Shown: positions 28,053 to 36,143 of the stretch, one piece after another | Layout: each line of letters begins with the position of its first letter | Position numbering within the stretch: the first letter of the stretch is position 1 | Assembly: GCA_035444565.1 (NCBI GenBank) | Contig: DAOMOX010000001.1 | Coordinates: 386,335-450,334, forward strand | Source of the DNA: Candidatus Dojkabacteria bacterium | GTDB taxonomy: Bacteria; Patescibacteriota; Dojkabacteria; B142; OLB20 | Direction of reading: 5' to 3' | DNA: 64,000 nucleotides | Notes under the pieces: generated by a model | The model's input: the letters and a program-made list of their open reading frames with translations, nothing else | Databases searched by the model: none | Told to the model about the DNA's origin: nothing | Translations under genes and position numbers: made by a program

Positions 28053-28670
28053 CTAATTAATTTGGTCTTTTGGTTCTTTACTTGAAAAGAAAATAATCAC
28101 AAGGAAAGCACCTACTAACACTACTAAGATACCAATAAGCAAAACAAATGGCAAGGAATTTGATTCGTTGACCACTTCTTCCTCGATAATCGGTTCTGGT
28201 AGTTCCTCTAGGGTATTGATTGAGTATGATTCAAGAACAACTCCACTCTCATTTATCAAATCTCCGTTAATTGTAAGATATGCATGATCAGGATTCGCGG
28301 AGAAAACTGGTTCAATCCCGGGTTGTGTTTCCACTGTGACTTTTAATAGAACTTGATCAGTTTGTATCAAATCTTTTTTTGCAGCAATTTCTATACAGAT
28401 GTTCTGCTCAAAATAGGATTCGTTATTGTCGCATACTGGGATATAACTAAGATTTACATCATCACTATAAGCTACGTCAATAATCGTTCCTCCATCTACT
28501 TTTACACGAAATTGCACAGCCGAACTATCTTGGGTAGGTTCTGCAAGGATGTTGTAGACTTTAGTGTTATCTTGTTCGCTGACTAATTCTGCAGTTAATG
28601 CATTCACTCCAACAGTGAAGAACAATACCGAGAATAGAATTGAGAGACTTAGTGAAAAAAGAAAACGCAT
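28053..28670 (-). CDS. secreted protein with C-terminal membrane anchor, paralog family member B
   Basis: Signal peptide. 'VKVDGGTIIDVAYSDDVNLSYIPVCDNNESYFEQNICIEIA' aligns with member A. C-terminal TM 'LLIGILVVLVGAFLVIIFF' followed by 'SSKEPKDQIN'. Confidence 0.6.
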   Translation of the reverse strand: MRFLFSLSLSILFSVLFFTVGVNALTAELVSEQDNTKVYNILAEPTQDSSAVQFRVKVDGGTIIDVAYSDDVNLSYIPVCDNNESYFEQNICIEIAAKKDLIQTDQVLLKVTVETQPGIEPVFSANPDHAYLTINGDLINESGVVLESYSINTLEELPEPIIEEEVVNESNSLPFVLLIGILVVLVGAFLVIIFFSSKEPKDQIN

Positions 28671-28725
28671 ATTAAATAGTTAAAATATATATAAATCAGT
28701 ATAAACAGAATATTTTATAAAGAAA

Positions 28726-28754
28726 AGACCCTTCTTTCTGAAGGGTCTTTTTTA
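28726..28754. terminator. bidirectional rho-independent terminator between the beta-helix giant gene and paralog B
   Basis: AGACCCTTC-TTTCT-GAAGGGTCT flanked by A-run and T-run on both sides. Lies immediately 3' of the minus-strand 1380-aa gene. Confidence 0.6.
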
Positions 28755-28771
28755 ATTCTATTTAACTTACT

Positions 28772-31700
28772 TTAAAGAGCACAAGAAGCTTTATTGTATC
28801 TTTGTGCAAAACTTTGGAAGTCAACTATGTCGACCTTTCCTAGTTTGTCTACATCTTTTCCTCCACACTCTCCATAGCTAATATGGTCAGTTTCCGTATC
28901 ATCACAAAGTTTCTGATAGTAGGAAGCAAAACCAACTTGGTATCCACCAAAATCGTATATGCTAAACCATCCATCTCCATTCACATCCGCTGGTCCACAA
29001 ATGAATCCTACTAATGGGTTTGTCGGTGTAACTGTTGGTTCCTCTGATACTATTGGAGTATCGCTAGGAACAGGAGTATCACTTGGGACAGGAGTATCAC
29101 TTGGTACAGGTGTATCGCTTGGTATAATTGTCCCTGTAGGTGTATCACTAGGTATAATTGTTCCTGTAGGTGTTAGTGTAGGTGTTGGTGTGTTAGAACT
29201 TGTGACATCAGGTCCGGTTACTGTGAAATCCGAGGTGCAGGTATTGATTTTTGTATTGGTACCTGTCTGCACTTCCGCTGTATTTGTGATTACATCACCT
29301 TTTTTACCCTTGATTTTCATAACATATGCAATTCTCTTAACTCCTTCAGGTACTTTACACTCTAGGTAGTTACCTGTTATCAAAGCTGGAGTATCACCTG
29401 GAGAGACATCCTCTTTGGTCATGAGGAAGTAGAAACCTCCGATTAATAATACTACACCTGCTATTACTAATCCCCCTAGATAAGGTTTTTCTTTTAGTGT
29501 TGAATTAGTAATACTATCTTTATTTTTGTAAAGAATGTAATAGGTTACTCCACCAGATAGTATTGAGAAGAGTATGAAACTAAACAGTACTGATCCGCGG
29601 GAAGTATAGACATCGGATATTCCTAGTACCGCTGATTGAACTTCTTGTGTCTTGAGTTCACAATATTTTGGTTTTGATACTAGTTCCATCTTTTCACTTA
29701 AGTCATCTCTTACGAGTACTGTTCCGTCAGGTCCAGGTGCTAGATCGTTCAAGACGACCTTGTATTTGACCTGTTCACCAGTCCATAGTTTGCTTGGTAA
29801 TTCCTGAACTTTTCTACATGTCAAAGCAGTAATGGTTGCAGGAGTGGGTGTTATTGATGGGCTAGGTGTTGTTGTTGGCTTCTGAATCACATTAAATGTG
29901 TATGTAGGACAGTCAGTGGTCATTCCACTACTGACGACTCTGGAATTAACTAAGATTGGAGTTCCAGGCGTTACATTGTCTTTAACTTTCAAATTAATTG
30001 TTAATGCGCCTCCAGTTAAGTTACATGTGTACTTATCTCCTGCCTCTGTCTTAGCAAAAGTACAAGCAGGGTTAGGGTTAGAGCCCATGTCTGTAGGTAC
30101 TTCTAGTTGAGTCGGTATGAAGAAATGTAGTGTGTGAGAGACTCCTTCATTGAAAGGTACTTTTGTATTTAGGTATGTCTGAACACCAATTCTGTTTCCG
30201 GGATAAGGATCATCATAATTGGTGTTTAATGTAATATTCCTACATTCAGCAGGTAAGTCTAACCTATCCAAATCGCTTACCGAAGTACTGGTTGATGCAG
30301 CTTCTTCTAAACTTGCTTCAGATCCATAAGAGACTGGAATCTGGAGGCTTTCAATGTCGGTGGATGCTTTTGTTGTAGTTGTATCTCTTTCGCATCTCTC
30401 AAAAGGAGTGGTTGAGTTAGGATTGAAATTACAAATGTAGTTCTCAATTACACCCAAGAACTGTGTTAAATATGACTGACTCATTTTCTTTTGGGTTCCT
30501 GAGTCAAAGACGTATGAATTTGATGAGAAATAATTATCTTTTGAAACATTTCTATCATCACTTTTCCATGGGGAACATGTGCTTACTCCTGGTTCCGTCG
30601 GGTAGGTGACACATTCGATTGACCAAAAGATATATGGTGGTGTTTTTGCATCCAAGACGTTTGTAAGGGTACGATATGCACCTTCTCTATAGTAAGTGGT
30701 GGTTTCAATCGATTGGATAGTGCTTACATTAGGTGCACCGACCTTACTCGCTTCCGTAAATGTCCAGTCTGTACAACTTGCAACATCTTGATTATCTAGA
30801 ATGTCACAACTCCTTGTATAGACTGTTTTCCCATCTTGAGAGAGGGCGGTATAGTAAAGGATGTTCCTTGTTAAATCATAATTTTCATACTTGCCGATTC
30901 TGTGGTCAATATCTAGTGATCGTAATTTTGAAATCACTAAATCGCCTGTTTGGATTTTTAGTGATTTTACTGAATGTTTTGTCCAAACTTCATCTTGGTA
31001 AGTGAAGTTGTTACACTTTGTAAAATCAACACCATCTGCTTTACTCTTGTCCATATTACAGCTTCTGTAGTAGAAGTTTTCTCCAGCACTATCGAGTACT
31101 ACTTGGGAGAAGTTGTCTGCTTGTGCTACAGGAGTTACAGGTGGCGTTACTACAACAGTAGGAGGTACAGTCGTTGTAGGAGGTATTGTGGTAGCAGGTG
31201 GAGCAACCGTAGTGGTAACAGCTTGAGCTAGTACCTCGGCCTGAATATTATCGTAATAATAACCCAGATTGTATGTATAATTCATTTCAGGCTTTAGAAC
31301 TATTCTAAAGCTTGTCGTATTTATATCTGTAGATGCAGGAATCTTAAGATCAAAAGTGTAAGTCTTCCAGCTTGCCGTCAAGGCTGTCTTTGGAATAGGA
31401 ATTTGTTGTAACCATCCAGACCCAACAGGGTGTTCTCTTTGTATGTATAGACCTTCTAGAGCTGGTGGTGGTTGATGATCACTGCTAGTGCTATGTGCTT
31501 TTGCGTTGAATTTTACTCGAATTGTTCTTCCACTTAAGTTTTGTCCTGTTTCAATCCAATGAGTAGAGAAATCAGTCTTGGTTTTATCACCATCTAGTTT
31601 TCTACCCAATGTAATATATTTCTTTCCATCGGAGCAAGGACCCCATTGATCGCAATCATGTACCTGAGTAAATGAAGTATCTACTCCTGCTCCATATGAC

Positions 31701-32914
31701 CAGCTCTTGTAGTCACCCCACTCAAAGGAAGAGTTCAAGATGATAGGTTTGAGTTCGGGAGAGCAATCACCTCCCGGACATGAGTTCGGTCCCCCATAAA
31801 CACCCAAATCAGATCGAGAGCCGTTCAAATCTTTAATGTTTGGGTCTCCGGCGTCGATGGCAGGGGAACCGGCTTGCAGTGCGAAGTTTGTTGCGCTTAC
31901 AAATTTAGGGTCTGCGTGGAGTGAGTCACAAAATTCATTAACACCGCAACTAGTGCCTTCCCCAGCATTCCCAAAGGTTAAATTGTACGCAAATTTGTCA
32001 TTTTCCTTAAAACCTGGAGTTAGTAAGTTGTATCCTCCGATCCCAAAGCCAAAAGAATTGTCAGTGTTTTTCTTATTATTGGTTAAGATGTTATTTAAAA
32101 CTGTAACACTTGGGTTATGAACGGCACCCTGATATATAGTAATACCTGATACTACATTAGAAGAAATAATATTATTTGTGATTAATGCATTTGAATTTTC
32201 AGACAAATAAATTCCATCATTTGGATTCGAAGTAATGATGTTATTAAAAATAGTTGTTTTGGAATTCTGATATGTTCGAATCGCAGCACCAATATTGTTA
32301 GAGAATGAGTTGTTTCTAATGGTGGCCTTGGCATTCATAGAAATTGAAATTCCATATCCAAGTCCACATGTATTCGTATTACTCTCAAAACAACTATCCT
32401 CATCTGTTTTCATTCCTATTATTTTTAAACCTTCAATATTAATGACTCCTCCATGTACGACAATACCTGAAAGTGTATGAGTACTATTAGTCCCATCAAG
32501 AACTACAGAACCTTCGCCTTTTAATGTTAATGTTCTGATAGAGGTTTCAGGAATGAAAATAAAAGCTTTGAACTTTTTTTCAATGGATTCCCCATACGGT
32601 GTATAATTATATGGTGTATATCCTGTTCTTTTGTATGTCCCAGCTTTCAATAATATAGTATCGCCACTTTTTGCTGCATCAACTGCTCTCTGGATATTAT
32701 CACCACCTACATATTGACAACCATTTTGTCCTGCTGTTCCTGTTGCACAAACAGTAATCAGGTTAACAGGCGTAGTCGCAGCTTCACTATCCTCCTGCTC
32801 TGTCCGCTCCGACAAATACCGAGCCAAAACTAGTGTGAAAATCATGAATAAGAAGAGGAACAAGACTAGCAATATAGTTACTATTTGCCTTCTTTGGAGA
32901 TTTGTCTTAAGCAC
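28772..32914 (-). CDS. giant surface protein with N-terminal signal anchor, right-handed parallel beta-helix (pectin-lyase-like), two internal TM helices, Pro/Thr-rich tandem linker and C-terminal dockerin-like domain
   Basis: 1380 aa. N-terminal TM 'IVTILLVLFLFLFMIFTLVLA'. Beta-helix repeats 'NNIITSNPNDGIYLSENSNALITNNIISSNVVSGITIYQG'. Mid-protein TMs 'VLFSFILFSILSGGVTYYILY' and 'LGGLVIAGVVLLIGGFYFLMT'. Repeats '(PSDTPV)n/(PTGTIIPSDT)n'. C-terminus 'DVNGDGWFSIYDF' plus 'DVDKLGKVDIVDFQSFAQRY' matches two dockerin Ca-binding repeats. Confidence 0.8.
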   Translation of the reverse strand: MLKTNLQRRQIVTILLVLFLFLFMIFTLVLARYLSERTEQEDSEAATTPVNLITVCATGTAGQNGCQYVGGDNIQRAVDAAKSGDTILLKAGTYKRTGYTPYNYTPYGESIEKKFKAFIFIPETSIRTLTLKGEGSVVLDGTNSTHTLSGIVVHGGVINIEGLKIIGMKTDEDSCFESNTNTCGLGYGISISMNAKATIRNNSFSNNIGAAIRTYQNSKTTIFNNIITSNPNDGIYLSENSNALITNNIISSNVVSGITIYQGAVHNPSVTVLNNILTNNKKNTDNSFGFGIGGYNLLTPGFKENDKFAYNLTFGNAGEGTSCGVNEFCDSLHADPKFVSATNFALQAGSPAIDAGDPNIKDLNGSRSDLGVYGGPNSCPGGDCSPELKPIILNSSFEWGDYKSWSYGAGVDTSFTQVHDCDQWGPCSDGKKYITLGRKLDGDKTKTDFSTHWIETGQNLSGRTIRVKFNAKAHSTSSDHQPPPALEGLYIQREHPVGSGWLQQIPIPKTALTASWKTYTFDLKIPASTDINTTSFRIVLKPEMNYTYNLGYYYDNIQAEVLAQAVTTTVAPPATTIPPTTTVPPTVVVTPPVTPVAQADNFSQVVLDSAGENFYYRSCNMDKSKADGVDFTKCNNFTYQDEVWTKHSVKSLKIQTGDLVISKLRSLDIDHRIGKYENYDLTRNILYYTALSQDGKTVYTRSCDILDNQDVASCTDWTFTEASKVGAPNVSTIQSIETTTYYREGAYRTLTNVLDAKTPPYIFWSIECVTYPTEPGVSTCSPWKSDDRNVSKDNYFSSNSYVFDSGTQKKMSQSYLTQFLGVIENYICNFNPNSTTPFERCERDTTTTKASTDIESLQIPVSYGSEASLEEAASTSTSVSDLDRLDLPAECRNITLNTNYDDPYPGNRIGVQTYLNTKVPFNEGVSHTLHFFIPTQLEVPTDMGSNPNPACTFAKTEAGDKYTCNLTGGALTINLKVKDNVTPGTPILVNSRVVSSGMTTDCPTYTFNVIQKPTTTPSPSITPTPATITALTCRKVQELPSKLWTGEQVKYKVVLNDLAPGPDGTVLVRDDLSEKMELVSKPKYCELKTQEVQSAVLGISDVYTSRGSVLFSFILFSILSGGVTYYILYKNKDSITNSTLKEKPYLGGLVIAGVVLLIGGFYFLMTKEDVSPGDTPALITGNYLECKVPEGVKRIAYVMKIKGKKGDVITNTAEVQTGTNTKINTCTSDFTVTGPDVTSSNTPTPTLTPTGTIIPSDTPTGTIIPSDTPVPSDTPVPSDTPVPSDTPIVSEEPTVTPTNPLVGFICGPADVNGDGWFSIYDFGGYQVGFASYYQKLCDDTETDHISYGECGGKDVDKLGKVDIVDFQSFAQRYNKASCAL
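29055..29168 (-). repeat. in-frame tandem nucleotide repeats (18-nt and 30-nt units) encoding Pro/Thr/Ser/Asp linker of the 1380-aa protein
   Basis: Plus strand 'ggagtatcgctaggaaca / ggagtatcacttgggaca / ggagtatcacttggtaca / ggtgtatcgcttggtataattgtccctgta / ggtgtatcactaggtataattgttcctgta'. Confidence 0.8.
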
Positions 32915-33064
32915 TTTAAAAAAATCTAATATGTAGAGATACCTATAAGTTAGAGGATTTACGGAGCAATGTAAAGTGTTTGTAAAATAATTCGATGGAA
33001 TTTATTGACTAGTTTATTAAAATCCTTGAATGAATTATAATTACTGCATATTGAAAGATTAAAT

Positions 33065-34537
33065 ATGGTAATAACTAGAATCGCACCAAGTCCTACTGGA
33101 AGTTTGCATATTGGCACACTAAGAACTGCATTGTTTAGCTATGCTTGGGCAAAAAAAAATAAAGGGAAATTCTTATTAAGAATTGAAGATACTGATCAAT
33201 CACGACTTGTTCCAGGGACAGAAGAAGAAATCGAAGAAATGCTAAAAATCTACGGCCTTGATTACGATGAGAAATCTAAACAAACCGAAAGAAAAGATAT
33301 TTATAAGAAATATGCAGAAGAATTAATACAGTTAGGACAGGCTTATTATTGTTTTGCATCAAAAGAAGAAATCCAAGAAGCTCGTGAAATAGCAGAAAGA
33401 TCCGGAGAACAGTTTAGATTTAGATCGCCTTATAGAGATTTTGATCTTGATAAAGCAAAGGAAAAGATAGAGTCTGGAGAGCCGTTTGTAATTCGTTTAA
33501 AAGTTGCGGAGGGCGAAGAATTTGAATTTGAAGATTTATTACAAGGGAAAATGCATTTCAAGAGCGAAGAAGTGGATGATACTGTCTTGCTTAAATCTGA
33601 TGGTTTACCCACATATCATTTAGCAGTTGTTATTGATGATCATTTGATGGGGATTACACATGTCATGCGGGGGGTTGATTGGGTGCCAAGTATCCCTAAA
33701 CACGTGTTGATTCACAGAGCTTTTAACTGGGAAATGCCAAAATATCTTCATTTGCCTCTCGTTCTTGATCCAGAAGGAGGGAAGCTCTCAAAACGCAAAG
33801 GAACTGTGGCTGCAAAAGATTTCCTAATACAAGGTTATTTGCCTGAGGCGATATTGAATTTCTTGATGTTATTAGGTTGGTCATCACCTATTAAACATGA
33901 GTTTGGAGAGAAAGAAAGGGAGATATTTAGTTTGGAGGAGTTTATAGAATTATTTGAATTGAAGGACTTGAATAAAAGCAGTGCAGTTTTCAATCGAGAA
34001 AAACTGCTTTGGTTTAGTCACCAGTACATGATGAACTTTAGTATCGATGAACTTCATAAAAGATACGGTGAATGGCATGCAAAATATAGCGAGGAAAAAG
34101 AACTCAGACTAAAAATTGCTGAGAAAGGGGAAAAATATTTAAAAGAGGTTCTGGAATTGGTACATGACAGAATCAAACTGTTAAGTGAAATAGACGAGTT
34201 AATAAAACTTTTCTATTTTGAACCAGAGAAAATAAAGTTTAGCGAATTTAAACAAATTAAGAATTTAAATGTTGATCAGACTTCGATAATTCTGAAATCT
34301 GTGGTGAGTGAATTAAAAGAAAAATCAGAAAATTTAAACGACTGGCCTCATGAAAAATGGGAAAAGTTTATGAGGAATCTTGCAGAAAAAAACGAACTTG
34401 GCGCGGGAAAAGTCTTTATGATATTAAGATTGGCGATTACCAGTTCACCTGCAACCCCACCATTATATGAAATCATGACAATTCTTGGTAAATCAGAAAT
34501 ATTGACCAGGCTCTCGAAGTATGTAGATAATATCTAA
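33065..34537 (+). CDS. gltX: glutamyl-tRNA synthetase
   Basis: HIGH motif 'PSPTGSLHIGTLRTAL' and KMSKS motif 'KLSKRKG'. C-terminal anticodon-binding domain. Confidence 0.92.
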   Translation: MVITRIAPSPTGSLHIGTLRTALFSYAWAKKNKGKFLLRIEDTDQSRLVPGTEEEIEEMLKIYGLDYDEKSKQTERKDIYKKYAEELIQLGQAYYCFASKEEIQEAREIAERSGEQFRFRSPYRDFDLDKAKEKIESGEPFVIRLKVAEGEEFEFEDLLQGKMHFKSEEVDDTVLLKSDGLPTYHLAVVIDDHLMGITHVMRGVDWVPSIPKHVLIHRAFNWEMPKYLHLPLVLDPEGGKLSKRKGTVAAKDFLIQGYLPEAILNFLMLLGWSSPIKHEFGEKEREIFSLEEFIELFELKDLNKSSAVFNREKLLWFSHQYMMNFSIDELHKRYGEWHAKYSEEKELRLKIAEKGEKYLKEVLELVHDRIKLLSEIDELIKLFYFEPEKIKFSEFKQIKNLNVDQTSIILKSVVSELKEKSENLNDWPHEKWEKFMRNLAEKNELGAGKVFMILRLAITSSPATPPLYEIMTILGKSEILTRLSKYVDNI

Positions 34538-34554
34538 TAATACTTCTTCCTTTA

Positions 34555-36072
34555 ATGATAAAACTGCTTAAACTCCTGATATTTATTTACTTTTTGTCTT
34601 TGTCATGGATGGTTTCTGTGAATAAAGTTCAGGCATTAAGTTACGATCTCAAAATGGAGTTTGAGGTTAACCTGCAAGAGAGCAATGCTGCAGGTGTGAC
34701 ACAGAAGGTGAAAATCAGAAACAACTCTGCTGATTTTCTTTCCACTTCAATGAGTTTGGATTTCCCTTTTTCTACTGTAGATTCCTTGAAAGTGGTATCA
34801 GAAGGAACACCTCTCCCGGCATCAATTGAAAACGGAAGATTATGGGTTGAGTTCGAAGACCAAGCGCTTAAATATGGAGAAAACAAAGAAATTGATATAT
34901 CCTACCAGATTGTAAATTTTGTTAAACCTTATGGCGACATTCGAGGTATTGTTTGGCCTAAATTTACAATAGAAGATCAAGAGGCTATTTATCCCTTAAA
35001 AATAAGCTATCCAGTAAGTTGGGATGATATTTACTACAGTTCCGAAGGTGTTGACATGAATGTTGTATTCGATACAAAGCGTGCAGTAGCGTTTAATGAT
35101 GTAAAAAGACCTGTAGGAATTTACTTAGGGAACTACACATTGAAACAATTTAATATTCAACTTGATAAATCAAGATTGTTAAAAGGAGAAACTTCGATTA
35201 GGGTTCCTTTTAATAGTGATTTTTATATTACTGGAATCAAAGAATCCACTTCGATTAATCGAGATAATGACACTTCGTCTGCAACAATAGATATTGAAAA
35301 ATATCTTGGGGAAATCCCGATGGGTATAATTTCTACTCAGGAAAATAATTTTGTTGAAAATATTTCACCAAGCACATTCTCGAAAGGAATTGAAAAGATT
35401 GATGGGATAGAAAGTGATGACCCTTCTAAACTTTATAAAGTTCTTTCGGCAAAACTCAAACCACGTATAGAAATAACAGAGTGGAGCAGAAATAATATCT
35501 CTGAGATTCTTGAGGCAGATAAGCAATCGGATGTAGATTATGCTACTGTTTTTTCTGAAGTGTTCAAATCAAAAAAAATCCCTTCTCAAATATTGTATGG
35601 AATTGTACTTTTTCCGGATGGTAACTACCACTGGCATTTTTGGGTTTCTTATCTTGATAAAAATGATCAGAAAAGTGAGTGGAAACAAATTGATCCATAT
35701 ATGGATGCAATAAGTGGTTATGAAAGTTTCGACAGAATTACCCCTGTTCGAATCGTATGGGGTCAGCTAAACGAAAATAGTGATTTGTCAGATATTAATT
35801 TGGATCTCTTTCTAATTACCCCGGAAAATTTCCAATTAAGAAACTTTACGAATCCATCTGCTCAATCTGGCTATATAACTAGCCAATTGAATGAAAGGGG
35901 ACATACTGGAGATGTTTCAGTACTAGGTGAGTCTACAAACAACTTAAACATTGATAATAACTTGAAATATAGTGTTTTATACGTTCTTACGGGTATAGGG
36001 TTACTTTTTATCTCTGCATTAATCTTCAAGAGAGAATATCAGCTTAATTTGAAAATAAAATCAAACAGTTAA
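34555..36072 (+). CDS. secreted, C-terminally anchored protein with transglutaminase-like domain in which the catalytic Cys appears substituted
   Basis: Signal 'MIKLLKLLIFIYFLSLSWMVSVNKVQA'. 'DYATVFSEVFKSKKIPSQILYG...HWHFWVSYLD...WKQIDP' fits the TGase core (Cys...His...Asp) pattern with Tyr/Ala at the Cys position. C-terminal TM 'VLYVLTGIGLLFISALIF' followed by 'KREY'. Confidence 0.5.
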   Translation: MIKLLKLLIFIYFLSLSWMVSVNKVQALSYDLKMEFEVNLQESNAAGVTQKVKIRNNSADFLSTSMSLDFPFSTVDSLKVVSEGTPLPASIENGRLWVEFEDQALKYGENKEIDISYQIVNFVKPYGDIRGIVWPKFTIEDQEAIYPLKISYPVSWDDIYYSSEGVDMNVVFDTKRAVAFNDVKRPVGIYLGNYTLKQFNIQLDKSRLLKGETSIRVPFNSDFYITGIKESTSINRDNDTSSATIDIEKYLGEIPMGIISTQENNFVENISPSTFSKGIEKIDGIESDDPSKLYKVLSAKLKPRIEITEWSRNNISEILEADKQSDVDYATVFSEVFKSKKIPSQILYGIVLFPDGNYHWHFWVSYLDKNDQKSEWKQIDPYMDAISGYESFDRITPVRIVWGQLNENSDLSDINLDLFLITPENFQLRNFTNPSAQSGYITSQLNERGHTGDVSVLGESTNNLNIDNNLKYSVLYVLTGIGLLFISALIFKREYQLNLKIKSNS

Positions 36073-36143
36073 ATTCTCACTTTGACAGCGCCCTCGAAAT
36101 TTCCGATAATAAGCTAGAATTCAATTTTACATAATCTGTCCAC

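Noticed and set aside
29040-29200. Tandem repeats that could be mistaken for a CRISPR array
   Set aside because: The units are 18/30 nt and contiguous with no spacers. They lie in-frame inside a long CDS and encode a Pro/Thr linker. No CRISPR-like repeat-spacer architecture occurs anywhere in the window.
32915-33064. Possible T-box upstream of gltX
   Set aside because: The 150-nt upstream region contains no GGUGGNACCGC-like sequence and no terminator hairpin.
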